From Candidatus Bathyarchaeota archaeon (GTDB lineage: Archaea; Thermoproteota; Bathyarchaeia; Bathyarchaeales; Bathycorpusculaceae), in NCBI GenBank assembly GCA_030672475.1, contig DAOVGI010000013.1:1709-65708 (forward strand): a stretch of DNA of 64,000 bases, written 5' to 3'. The translations under genes and the position numbers were made by a program. Below are positions 9,613-19,256 of this stretch, piece by piece; the stretch's first letter is position 1; the number at the start of each line of letters is the position of its first letter. The notes under the pieces are model-generated. The model was not told where the DNA came from and searched no databases. It saw only the letters and a list, made by a program, of their open reading frames with translations.

Positions 9613-9793
9613 CTATGCCTTCTGAACCCAGTTCAATTTGTTTACAACAGCTCTGAATTTTTGTCACATTCAGGACATTCATACATACCGAGCGTTACCA
9701 CTGTTACTCGCATTTTTTTGTCTGGAAATGGAGGCACAAGTTCCCATGTTTTATATGGTTCCTTCACGAATATCCCACATTCCGGACAGACAT
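9613..9793 (-). pseudogene. Decayed paralog of the adjacent zinc-ribbon mini-gene
   Basis: My hand translation gives CPECGIFVKEPYKTWELVPPFPDKKMRVTVVTLGMYECPECDK, which is collinear with the 9841..10011 product. The only upstream ATG (9793) is out of frame. The conserved KKFRAVV tail is reached only after a 1-nt shift in an A-run near 9655. Confidence 0.35.
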
Positions 9794-9840
9794 TTTGTTT
9801 CTTCTGTACTTTCGGTACATGACAGCCAGCATTCGGACGT

Positions 9841-10011
9841 TTAAATCTTCTTTTTGCTCAGCACTACTCGGAAGGACTTCTTACATTTGGGACAGTCAAA
9901 AAGCCCGATTTCCAGCTGCATTCTCTTTCCTTGTTTGTCTGGACGACCAGCCATTTTCCATGATTTTCTCGGTTTGGAAACGTCTGTTCCACATTTCGGA
10001 CATTTAGCCAT
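9841..10011 (-). CDS. Small zinc-ribbon protein (56 aa), not in the ORF track
   Basis: Hand translation: MAKCPKCGTDVSKPRKSWKMAGRPDKQGKRMQLEIGLFDCPKCKKSFRVVLSKKKI. It has two CPxC pairs, an ATG start and a TAA stop. An AT-rich TATA-like stretch lies upstream. Confidence 0.55.
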   Translation of the reverse strand: MAKCPKCGTDVSKPRKSWKMAGRPDKQGKRMQLEIGLFDCPKCKKSFRVVLSKKKI

Positions 10012-10230
10012 CTAATTTTTCTCCAGTATTCTTATCAACCATGGTTTCTAATGATGATAGATAAAAAATTTTCCATTGTTTTTTGATAGAAAATCTTCGC
10101 TCAAACATCGCGTTTAGACACGTTTTTTACAAAAAGGCAGATACTTCGCAAAAACTTTTAAGTTAAAATCTAAAAAGGACGCATGTTACTTTGATGGAGC
10201 AGAGTATATAGATGATTTAGCCTTGCTTGA

Positions 10231-10509
10231 GGCGAACGTGTTCCCAAACTTTGTGCTGACTATCTTGACGTTAACCTGAAAGAGCACTCCTATGAGTTCA
10301 TAATAGTTGCCAAGGGTAAGGTGCATAGTGGCACTATAGATCACTGGCACAGAATTAGTGTAAGAATATTAGTTAATGGTGCACATGATTTTCGGTTGAC
10401 AACAGATACAGCACAAAAAGGGATAAGGCAAACAATTAAAATTGCAGTTAAAATGGCAAAAACGTCGATCAAACGTGTTCTACCACCAGTTGGACTCGCA
10501 ACAATATGA
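10231..10509 (+). pseudogene. N-terminal relic of a TldD/PmbA-family metalloprotease gene
   Basis: The open frame reads ADYLDVNLKEHSYEFIIVAKGKVHSGTIDHWHRISVRILVNGAHDFRLTTDTAQKGIRQTIKIAVKMAK. This matches the TldD/PmbA N-terminal pattern DY.D....S.E......G.V......G..VR...G...F....D. It stops after about 93 codons, whereas the family is usually about 450 aa, and it has no start codon near the expected N-terminus. Confidence 0.55.
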
Positions 10510-10847
10510 GTCCATAACGCTTCTTACACCGCAAATTTGAGAGTTGCGAAAGTCAGTTACACGTTAATCATCATTTCTGAAAATCCAAAAGTTCACAGGT
10601 AAATACGACAGAAATATTGGATTCAGAAGATATAGAGGCACTTCGCATGTGACCCGAGAGGCATTGGCTCATTCTTCTAGGCGATAAGGCAGCACTGAAT
10701 TAAAATGAATAAAAAAATCATCCCAGCTTTTGTGTTGGTTTAGCCTAAGATTTTTTCTTGGTTATCTAATTTGTACATTCAAGCTAGAAGTAGCAGTATA
10801 TGCCCGTTTTGTGAGAGACTTCATGTCATGACGGAGTTGGTTATTAC

Positions 10848-11162
10848 CTAGCGAAGCATGCATTCAATCATCCTGTGACATACCAAACATTCATCAGGAA
10901 TGGGCTCATTCTTCTGCCTATTCTTCAAATATCCAAAATGGTGTTTGCACACGACACTGTCAAGCTTTTCAACTCTTTTCGCGGCAATTCCGTTCAATGT
11001 TGAGGTCTTTCCACTCTCTTTTTTCTTCCCGTTTAACTCTCTGACTTGAGTCAAGCAACGGGGACACGCATAGTACTCCTGAACGTTACCGCCCACAGAA
11101 AACTCTGCCAAAACCGGCGTCTGAAAACTCTCGCCACACGTTGCACACATAAAATCGACCAA
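10848..11162 (-). CDS. Cys-rich zinc-binding protein, unknown function
   Basis: 104-aa ORF with an N-terminal ribbon (CATCG...CPRC) and a C-terminal CKHHFGYL...IPDECLVCHRMIEC module. Confidence 0.5.
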   Translation of the reverse strand: MVDFMCATCGESFQTPVLAEFSVGGNVQEYYACPRCLTQVRELNGKKKESGKTSTLNGIAAKRVEKLDSVVCKHHFGYLKNRQKNEPIPDECLVCHRMIECMLR

Positions 11163-11377
11163 AGTTCTTCCTTCTTAACGCTTTTGAATCTATATCAAAT
11201 ATTAATATTTAATAAACCTTTTTGTACACATGTACAACAAAAATACAAGTGCCAGCATACCGCACAACTGGCACAACAAACAAGACGAAAGACTTTGTCC
11301 ATAAGAAAAATCTCAGTGCTCCTGACCCAAAATCATGCAAACTGCACTCAAACCACTAAGAATTAAAAAAACAAACG

Positions 11378-12469
11378 TCAGCTCGTTCCTTCCAGCTTTG
11401 CCGGCAAATACTCATCCACAATATAAGTCAAGCCGTACCTGCTGAAGGCCTCTTGCTCCGCCTTCCTTCTTATTTTCAGAAAAGTCTTAATTTCTCTCTG
11501 CCACAATGCGTCCTTATAACGTGGATCTCTTTGTAACTCATAAAGCCTTTTTATGTCCACTTCATCCAGCGGATCCGTCGGCAACTTGTAATCGACAATG
11601 TCTGTTGCCCAGACTCCACTCCATTTAGCATCTGGTGTCGTCAGTTCCCTTAGATGAGCAGCGTTTGCAGAACCTGAGATAATCACCATGGCTATGTGCA
11701 TCCCCCAGGGGTCACCATCTGTAAAGATGTAGGCTGGAAGTTCTAGTTCTCTGTTAAGCCTTCTAATAAAGTGACGTGTTGCCCTCGGGGCTTGTCCAGA
11801 TGTTAAAACAAGTACGGCATTAAACTTCTTGTGCACGTTCTCCTCTACAAACCGTGTGAACAAGCCGCCCTTCTCTATGGCTATGACCTTGTCCGCTGTT
11901 GTTTTCACGAACTCTGATGAGGTTAGAGCTGGTCCAATCATGACACCGTCGGGGTGAGAGGTTAAATTCAATGTTTTTCCTTCATATCCAGGCACTGTGT
12001 ATTCTATTGTTAGGTCACCGAAGACCGCTGAACGTTCCTCCGGAAAAATGTTAAAATCTTCCCTAGATAATCCTAGAACCGTTTCCAAATCTGTAATTAT
12101 GTTGTTTGATTCTTGCTGATCTTTGAATTTCATCTCGTATGCCTGCGCAGAATAATAAACATCTCTCAGTGTTGACGTTTTACGTTGAGAAGTAAGTTCA
12201 TGAGAAAACAATGCCGTCCAAACAAGCTGCGTGAAAGGTCTTATATGACGTATGTTTCGGGCATTCCTCCGAACTTTTCTGTCTCCCAAAATATACTGTC
12301 TTGCTTGGGGGTCGTAACATATGTTTTCTGTTGAACGGCTCGGCATCTCTATAGAAGGAAAATATCCCCTATCGAGCTGATCATAAGTTTTGAGCCCGAA
12401 CTTTTCTAAACTTGCCAGTACCTCTTTTTTCCTTTCTATAATCACGCTTTTCTGTTTCCTACGTTCCAA
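11378..12469 (-). CDS. top6A: DNA topoisomerase VI subunit A (Spo11-like)
   Basis: 363-aa ORF with a Toprim region (IFTDGDPWGMHI) and a winged-helix/Tyr region. It overlaps top6B by 11 nt. Confidence 0.9.
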   Translation of the reverse strand: MERRKQKSVIIERKKEVLASLEKFGLKTYDQLDRGYFPSIEMPSRSTENICYDPQARQYILGDRKVRRNARNIRHIRPFTQLVWTALFSHELTSQRKTSTLRDVYYSAQAYEMKFKDQQESNNIITDLETVLGLSREDFNIFPEERSAVFGDLTIEYTVPGYEGKTLNLTSHPDGVMIGPALTSSEFVKTTADKVIAIEKGGLFTRFVEENVHKKFNAVLVLTSGQAPRATRHFIRRLNRELELPAYIFTDGDPWGMHIAMVIISGSANAAHLRELTTPDAKWSGVWATDIVDYKLPTDPLDEVDIKRLYELQRDPRYKDALWQREIKTFLKIRRKAEQEAFSRYGLTYIVDEYLPAKLEGTS

Positions 12470-13976
12470 ACCTCTTCACGCTCCTCAGGAGTCTTTTTAT
12501 ATCTGGACTTTTATCCTTGCCAGCAAGCTGCGTTGAGAACTTGGCTATTTTTGGCAGATATCTAGTAAAAATGTCAAGTCTTTTCTGTTCCGTGTGTGCA
12601 TGCTCCTTTCTAGTCAGGAAGCGTTGAAGTCGGCGTGCAACTTCTCGCAGCCCATTGGCTATTTCTCTTCTAACTTCCGGTCTATCAGCAATAAATTCCT
12701 TTCCAACAGTTTTGTATGGAATTTTCGTGCTGCAAATGTGCACCGCTATGACGATGGGCATGTCAGGTGTAACCTTGTACCTTCGCCAATTCATGTTGTT
12801 CATCACGATCGTTGAGACATCGCTTGCCTCATCATAAAGTAATGGTATTCTGTTGGCAAAGCGATGAATCAAGAAGCTTCCTCTCCTCGGAATTTCTCCA
12901 CCATAGGCAACTGCCGCCTCAACAATAAAGGGATGGCCAGCATAAGCTGATGGTCTACGTTGGCGGACAGCTACAAACTCGGGCTTCAGCTCCTTCGAAA
13001 TGCCTGCCCTTAACAACTCTTCACCCAAAGGTGATAGGCAACTCGCGTCTGGCGGCAAGAACTCGCCGAACTTTTTCAGCATACGCATTAACCTGACGAC
13101 TTCCCCGTGGGAAAGTTTCTTAGGGTTCTTAGAAGGACTTATGTTGCTGAACTTCAAGAATTTGTTCGCAGTGATTTCACCAACCCTGTGGAAATGGTTT
13201 TTCATAAATTCAAGCATGCTCCGAAATGGCGTCACTTGTATTAGGCGCTGAAGAAGCTCCACGTCAACGCCATATGGGTGAGGCAAAGTTTCCCTCGGCG
13301 GATCAGGCATCTCCTCAGTAACTCTGGTGAACTTGTATAACCTGCCTTTAGGGTCAACAAAAGTGAGGTTCGCATAAGGATTTACCATAGCTGTCTGCTT
13401 AAAATATTCCAGAATTTTAGGCATAGCCCTACCATAGTCACCCTCAAGGCTGAACTGGACTATTGTTCCACGCCATCTCTCCTTATTAATAAGTACCTTT
13501 CTATCAAGTATGAGTGGTCTATTTCTCTGAATGTCGATCCTAAGCTTATACGCGTAGATTTTGGACATACCTGTGCTCGAAATTATGCGTGCAGGCTGAT
13601 GGGTTGTGATCTGTCCATATAGAATCGCCATCTTTCCACCTAAGCCGAAAGTTCCTCTCTGCTGCTTCGGCTTGTATTTCGAACCGTAAAGCACTTGACC
13701 AAAAGCTGAAGGTATGTGTCTTGGGAGAATTCCTATGCCATTATCTTCAACTCTCAACGTATAGACCCCTGTTTCCAAGCCTGCTTCGTCTGCAAAGGAA
13801 AGTCTAACATAAATGTCAGGCGGTATCTTCAAGGTTTCCGCGGCATCTAAACTATTTTCTATAAGCTCCCTTACAGCTGCAAAAATGGCTCGAGAGGGGT
13901 TTGTAAATCCCGCAATCTCCCTGTTACGATAGAAGAAATCCGCAGCACTTATCTCCTCAAAGGTTGTCCTAGCCAC
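12459..13976 (-). CDS. top6B: DNA topoisomerase VI subunit B (GHKL ATPase)
   Basis: 505-aa ORF with a GTG start preceded by GGTGGAGG. The Bergerat-fold motifs ELIENSLDA and GTFGLGGK are present. Confidence 0.9.
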   Translation of the reverse strand: MARTTFEEISAADFFYRNREIAGFTNPSRAIFAAVRELIENSLDAAETLKIPPDIYVRLSFADEAGLETGVYTLRVEDNGIGILPRHIPSAFGQVLYGSKYKPKQQRGTFGLGGKMAILYGQITTHQPARIISSTGMSKIYAYKLRIDIQRNRPLILDRKVLINKERWRGTIVQFSLEGDYGRAMPKILEYFKQTAMVNPYANLTFVDPKGRLYKFTRVTEEMPDPPRETLPHPYGVDVELLQRLIQVTPFRSMLEFMKNHFHRVGEITANKFLKFSNISPSKNPKKLSHGEVVRLMRMLKKFGEFLPPDASCLSPLGEELLRAGISKELKPEFVAVRQRRPSAYAGHPFIVEAAVAYGGEIPRRGSFLIHRFANRIPLLYDEASDVSTIVMNNMNWRRYKVTPDMPIVIAVHICSTKIPYKTVGKEFIADRPEVRREIANGLREVARRLQRFLTRKEHAHTEQKRLDIFTRYLPKIAKFSTQLAGKDKSPDIKRLLRSVKRFGT

Positions 13977-14207
13977 TTAAACCTCCACCAACACCCTCTC
14001 TGACGCAAATTACTTTTACGATATGCTCTGCTGACTCTTTAATTTAACTCCAATTCTTCAGTCGATTTTACCTATTTTCCAAAATGAATAAGGCAACAAC
14101 TCTCCGAGTTGTCACTTCAACAATTTCAAACAAGAATCTACCCTCTCTCGCCTTTACCGTAACAATTTTCGTTGTGGGTTTTTCTGTAAAATCATAAATA
14201 TTTTGTA

Positions 14208-16031
14208 TCAAGTCTCTGATGAACGTACGTAATAATATTCTCCGATCTCTTTTTGAAATCTGTCAAGCTTTGACCCTTCCTTGTTAACTCTCGGCCTCTT
14301 AGTATCTTGATCCCTTCTGAAAGTTACTTCCATCTCCTTCAAGAACATGTTCATCCCATTCCTTAGGCTAGTCGTCGGATTCGCTTTTCCCTCAACCCCA
14401 GGTTCTCCGGTGAAGATCATCAAGCGGTCAGCTATGAAGTCTTGTGTGGCAACATCGTGCTCAACGACGAACGCTGTGACGTTGTGTGTTTCAACAACTC
14501 TGCGAATGGCCCGTGCCATGTTCAACCTTTCTTCCACGTCCAAGTAGGCGCTCGGCTCATCAAGCAGATAAAGTTCAGCCTTCTTGGATAGGCAAGCTGC
14601 AATCGCAACTCTTTGCAGTTCTCCTCCGCTTAGTTCAACCACATTTCTATCCAAAAGCGGGTCTATTCTTAGAGATTTGCGAATCTCCGTCTTATACCAG
14701 CTTGAACCAAATCTTTCCTTGGCAATCTTCGTTAAGAGTTCTTGGACTGTTCCCTCATACTCTGCTGAAATGTATTGTGGTTTATAACTCACCTCTAACT
14801 CCGCGAATTTTCTTCCATCATCAATCGTTTCAATCCCCGCCAAAATCTTCACAAAAGTGGTTTTACCTATGCCATTAGGTCCCAGAATACCTATGATCTC
14901 TCCCCTTTTTATCTCCCCAGAATACGCAACGAGTTTAAACCCTTCGTATGTTTTCTTTATTCGCCTCCATTCCAAAAATGTTTCGCCACCCACAAAACTT
15001 GTCGTAGGCGGTTTCTCATGAAATAGTATAGATTCTTTTCTGAACCTAACGTTTTCGTCTTGAATATAACCTTGCAAATAAATGTTAATGCCTGTTCTAA
15101 CGCCATGCACATGAGATACAATGCCATAAACTCCAGGCTCCCCATAAAAAACGCATATTTGATCCGACAAGTAATCTATTATCGCCAGATCATGCTCAGA
15201 TACTATCACTGTTTTCTCATCTTTCTTTAGGCTTCTTATGACTCTGGCAACCTCAAGTCTCTGCTTCACATCCAGATAACTTGACGGTTCATCAAGAAAG
15301 TATACATCTGCTTCACGACATACAGCTGCTGCCACTGCCACTCGCTGTAGCTCTCCTCCGCTTAAAACTTCAAGAGGACGATTCCAAAGCTGCTTAAGTT
15401 CAAGCTGAACTGCAACCTCATCAAGCTTTTCTCTCTGGTCGACTTTTTCCAACAGTTCTCCAGCTTTCCCTGAGACGGCCTTCGGAATTTTATCTACATA
15501 CTGGGGTTTATGGGAAACAGTGAGTTTCCCCTCTTTGATCCTTTTAAAGTGATCTTGAAGTGTAGAACCTCTGAAATGCCTGATTATTCCGTCCATGTTG
15601 GGCGGATTTTCGAAGTTTCCAAGGTTTAAACTGATCTCGTTGGACAGTATCTTAAGTGCTGTAGTCTTACCTATTCCGTTCTGTCCGAGTAAACCTAAAA
15701 CTGTGCCTGGTGAAGGCGTCGGAAGCCTATAAAGTTTGAAGGCGTTCTGTCCAAAACGGTGACTGCATTCCATTTCCAACTCGTCTGGAAGATTAACTAT
15801 AGAAATGGCCTTAAAAGGACATTTCTTTACACAGATTCCACATCCAGAACAAAGGGACTCCACAATCACTGCTTTGCCATGTTCAAACCGTATTGCTTCT
15901 CGATGACTTCTCACCATTGGGCAGAAGCGATGACAAACTCTATCACACCGTTTCGGTTTACACTTGTCAGCTTGTAACACAGCTACCCTTGTCATAGTTG
16001 ATCCGGCAACGATTTGGTCAATACTTGGCAA
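14208..16031 (-). CDS. abce1: ABCE1 / RNase L inhibitor, ribosome-recycling ATPase
   Basis: 607-aa ORF with an N-terminal double 4Fe-4S domain (CKPKRC..CPM, CSGCGICVKKCP). It has two ABC cassettes (GQNGIGKTT, GPNGIGKTT) and two LSGGELQR signatures. Confidence 0.95.
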   Translation of the reverse strand: MPSIDQIVAGSTMTRVAVLQADKCKPKRCDRVCHRFCPMVRSHREAIRFEHGKAVIVESLCSGCGICVKKCPFKAISIVNLPDELEMECSHRFGQNAFKLYRLPTPSPGTVLGLLGQNGIGKTTALKILSNEISLNLGNFENPPNMDGIIRHFRGSTLQDHFKRIKEGKLTVSHKPQYVDKIPKAVSGKAGELLEKVDQREKLDEVAVQLELKQLWNRPLEVLSGGELQRVAVAAAVCREADVYFLDEPSSYLDVKQRLEVARVIRSLKKDEKTVIVSEHDLAIIDYLSDQICVFYGEPGVYGIVSHVHGVRTGINIYLQGYIQDENVRFRKESILFHEKPPTTSFVGGETFLEWRRIKKTYEGFKLVAYSGEIKRGEIIGILGPNGIGKTTFVKILAGIETIDDGRKFAELEVSYKPQYISAEYEGTVQELLTKIAKERFGSSWYKTEIRKSLRIDPLLDRNVVELSGGELQRVAIAACLSKKAELYLLDEPSAYLDVEERLNMARAIRRVVETHNVTAFVVEHDVATQDFIADRLMIFTGEPGVEGKANPTTSLRNGMNMFLKEMEVTFRRDQDTKRPRVNKEGSKLDRFQKEIGEYYYVRSSET

Positions 16032-16273
16032 GTTATAAACATAAGCATCGGAAGTTGAGACAAGAGCATGCTAAAAAAATCCTGGAAGCAACAAAGATTC
16101 TTGCTTCAAAATCGGATTCCACCCTTCTACTTCCATATGTACCCCTCCTTCATATGTTTTTCAAGTTCTTCAGTCTCGTCACTTGATAGATTCACCTGTC
16201 AACTTTTATCCGTTTTCTCGTCAATTACCTGAAATAGAATCAACTCAGCACATTTGCCGTGTTTTCCAGTATT

Positions 16274-17338
16274 CTATTTCAAAATTTTTGCCGTTAGAGA
16301 AGTCACGGGCTCTTGTGTCTCAGGCGTAATATAAGTCCAACATAGGTTTCGTGAATTATGTGCAGCCCCAACTCCTCCATAAACGTCAACCGCAATTAAC
16401 CCCATAGAATTGTAAGCATCAGGTATTCTACGATTAACAAGATCTATCGCAAACTCAACAGCCTCCTGAGCTGATTTTCGGTTACCCATAGAATTACAGA
16501 CAGTTTTCGCCAACACAAGCCTCACTGCTATTTCCCCAACGCCTGTGGCTGAACACGATCCCACCTGATTATCCGCATACGTGCCACACCCAATTAACGG
16601 TGAATCTCCAATTCTCCCAGGAAGCTTCAACGAAAGCCCTCCAGTAGAGGTTGCCGCCGCAACGTTTTCCTCCTTATCTAAAGCAACTGCTCCCACGGTT
16701 TCAAACCCGAACAAATCAGGATGATTTCTAATTATGCCAGCTAACTTTGGCAGTTTAGATTTTCCTTCAAGCAATACTTTTCTCTGCCTTTCATAATATT
16801 TTAGTCTGAGGTCAGTGGTAGGTTCTCTTCTCTTAAGATTAAACATTTCAGCGAGTTTTTCCGCTCCTTCACCTACGACAAAAACGTGGTCTGTTTTCTC
16901 CATCACAATTCTTGCCAAACGAACGGGATTCTTAATATCCTTTAGAAGCCCGACAGCACCAGCTTGCAGTGTCTTCCCGTCCATAATTGATGCCTCCATC
17001 TCAACACGTTTCGCTATGTTCAGGCTTGAACCATAACCAGCATTAAACGCGCCTTCATCCTCCATTATAGCTACAGCCTCTATAACGCTGTCAAGCGCAC
17101 TTCCACCGCGCTTCAATATTCCGAAACCAGTTTTTGCAGCGTTTTCAACGCCTTCCATACCTTGTTGGCTACGTTCCGGGTTCCAAAATCCAGCCCCACC
17201 ATGAACAACAATCACAGGTTTCCGAACTTCACTCAACCCTGTTTCCTCTACGCAGGCAGAATAATTAAACTCACATAGCTGGAATTTAAGCCTAATGCAT
17301 ACGATAATCAAAATAGATAAATCTTTGTAGTCAAACAT
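16274..17338 (-). CDS. Isoaspartyl peptidase / plant-type L-asparaginase (Ntn hydrolase)
   Basis: Contains VVHGGAGF, the autoprocessing site ETVGAVALD and TSTGG. The first about 34 codons look non-native. A TTG at 17236 preceded by GAGG is the more likely start. Confidence 0.8.
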   Translation of the reverse strand: MFDYKDLSILIIVCIRLKFQLCEFNYSACVEETGLSEVRKPVIVVHGGAGFWNPERSQQGMEGVENAAKTGFGILKRGGSALDSVIEAVAIMEDEGAFNAGYGSSLNIAKRVEMEASIMDGKTLQAGAVGLLKDIKNPVRLARIVMEKTDHVFVVGEGAEKLAEMFNLKRREPTTDLRLKYYERQRKVLLEGKSKLPKLAGIIRNHPDLFGFETVGAVALDKEENVAAATSTGGLSLKLPGRIGDSPLIGCGTYADNQVGSCSATGVGEIAVRLVLAKTVCNSMGNRKSAQEAVEFAIDLVNRRIPDAYNSMGLIAVDVYGGVGAAHNSRNLCWTYITPETQEPVTSLTAKILK

Positions 17339-17460
17339 TTACCTTGGGATGATGTGAGGCGACGGCTAAGAGCCATAAGCTATGAGAAAGCCACTAACCT
17401 GCACTGACCAAAACTGGTTTATGCCAAATTCATCAGAAGAAAAGCGAACAGGGTGAAATC

Positions 17461-17985
17461 ATGTTAAGAGATTTTAATCTTTTAGTTACCACTTCACGGG
17501 GAAACGAAGATGACGCTTGCTCCGAGTCGCGGTATTTGCTGGGAGAGATAGGCTGTTCAGCGACAGCAATTGAAAAGACAGGTGTTTCAGGGTTAATTAC
17601 TGTGAAGACGCCTTTCAATCCATTTATAGTCATCGAAAAACTTCGAAAAATCCTATACGAACGTCCTTACGAATTCCGCTATACGTTGAGAGTAATTCCA
17701 ATTGAGAAGGTTGTCCTCACAGACCTCGCTGAAATCAAATGTGCAGCCACAGAGTTAAGCTCCAAAATAGGTGAAAACGAAACATTTCGTGTTACAATTG
17801 AAAAACGTTTCACAGAAATGTCGAGTCGGGACATCATTAGGGCAACAGTAGTTAACATAGAAAGGAAGGTTAACCTGAAAAACCCTGATAAAACCCTGTT
17901 GGTTGAGGTCGTAGGTGGGTTAACCGGAATGTCAGTGACAGAACCTAGTGATGTTTTATCTGTTATGAAAGAAAAAATGCTGTAG
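17461..17985 (+). CDS. THUMP-domain RNA-binding protein
   Basis: 174-aa ORF. The N-terminus FNLLVTTSRGNEDDACSE and the overall size are typical of stand-alone archaeal THUMP proteins. Confidence 0.65.
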   Translation: MLRDFNLLVTTSRGNEDDACSESRYLLGEIGCSATAIEKTGVSGLITVKTPFNPFIVIEKLRKILYERPYEFRYTLRVIPIEKVVLTDLAEIKCAATELSSKIGENETFRVTIEKRFTEMSSRDIIRATVVNIERKVNLKNPDKTLLVEVVGGLTGMSVTEPSDVLSVMKEKML

Positions 17986-17991
17986 GCTAGG

Positions 17992-18558
17992 CTAATGCTG
18001 AGTTGCCAGTAGCGCCATTCGTTCGATAACGAGATATATTAGAGCTGTCTCCAAACAGTCTTTCGTCGTTACAGTTTCCAGTTCCACATCTGAAAATCCG
18101 AAATCCTGTATAATGACTGTTGTCTTTTCTTTTGATAAATTGAGAACTGTGTCATCACGTTTAGCTGCAAGATTTTGAGAGACCATTGATAAAGCTGATT
18201 TTACCGATTCTGGTTTTTCTCCGATTATCAACACCGCTATTTCGGATGAACCGGGTTTAATTCCGAGGAACCCCACTGCCTTTCGTATCTGACGTTGTGC
18301 AGAAGCGTAGAGCAATGCTTCCATTGCCAAGCTTTTTGAAATGTTCTCCTCGTTCTTGAAAGCTGTTAACGCATTCAAAGCAGCAAAGTAAAGGTGTTGC
18401 CACGTGGCCACAAATTTCGCATCAAAGAATTGAATTTCCACGTTTGAGGTTTTTCCTTTACGCATCTTTTTGAGAAGCTCTTCAGCATTCTTGATCTTAA
18501 CATCTGCAAAACCGACTATGGCAACATGCTTTCCGGATTCTTCAATCTGCTTCAGCAA
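17992..18558 (-). CDS. cgi121: KEOPS complex subunit Cgi121
   Basis: 188-aa ORF carrying the Cgi121 pattern FFDAKFVATWQHLYFAALNALTAF...SLAMEALLYASAQRQIRKAVGFLGI. Confidence 0.7.
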   Translation of the reverse strand: MLKQIEESGKHVAIVGFADVKIKNAEELLKKMRKGKTSNVEIQFFDAKFVATWQHLYFAALNALTAFKNEENISKSLAMEALLYASAQRQIRKAVGFLGIKPGSSEIAVLIIGEKPESVKSALSMVSQNLAAKRDDTVLNLSKEKTTVIIQDFGFSDVELETVTTKDCLETALIYLVIERMALLATQH

Positions 18559-19153
18559 TTCTCTCCCTCAGAATCTCCTTCAAAAACCTTCTGACAAGTT
18601 CTGCGGGTGTTCCAGCCTTTACGAGCTTGGAAGTTTCCTCTTCTATGAACTCTCTCTTTTCTCCACTTTTCCTAACAATTTTCCGAATAGTCTCCTTAAT
18701 TTCCCAAGGAAAAACTATCCAACAACCTGTTTCTTTTTCATAGTAGTCCGGTATAATGATGCTCCAAGGTTTGTAATAAATGGTAGCTATTTTAACTTCA
18801 GTAGCACCCTCTTTGATGACATGTTCCTTCACAAGCTTCAGGCTTTTTCCACTGTCAGCGATCTCATCTACGATGAGCACTTTTTTACCTGCAACAGGAG
18901 CAGAAACCGGTTGGCTTAGCGTAGGGAATCCTTTTGTCTCTGCAACTCCTAAGTAGAATTCAGCTTTAACATTCGCAAGATTTGGATTGTCCAACAAGTC
19001 TGAAAGCACTCTAGCTGGAGGCCAACCTCCACGCGAAACACCGACAATCACGTCGAATTTAATTCCGTTTTTTCGGATCTTTTCAGCTAAACTTAAAAGC
19101 ATTTCATATACTTGATTCCATGTAGGAACCTCGAAATCGATTTCTGAGTGCAT
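18542..19153 (-). CDS. Purine (hypoxanthine/guanine-type) phosphoribosyltransferase
   Basis: 203-aa ORF with the PRPP motif VLIVDEIADSGKSL and VGVSRGGWPPARVL. It overlaps cgi121 by 17 nt. Confidence 0.75.
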   Translation of the reverse strand: MHSEIDFEVPTWNQVYEMLLSLAEKIRKNGIKFDVIVGVSRGGWPPARVLSDLLDNPNLANVKAEFYLGVAETKGFPTLSQPVSAPVAGKKVLIVDEIADSGKSLKLVKEHVIKEGATEVKIATIYYKPWSIIIPDYYEKETGCWIVFPWEIKETIRKIVRKSGEKREFIEEETSKLVKAGTPAELVRRFLKEILRERIAEAD

Positions 19154-19256
19154 ATTGCCGTTCCCCTTTCAAATATTCCTAGTTTGCTAGATTCACGCGA
19201 ATAAGACATAAATCCTTCGTTTCTAAGTAGTTCTATTACGAGCTTCACATAAATAA

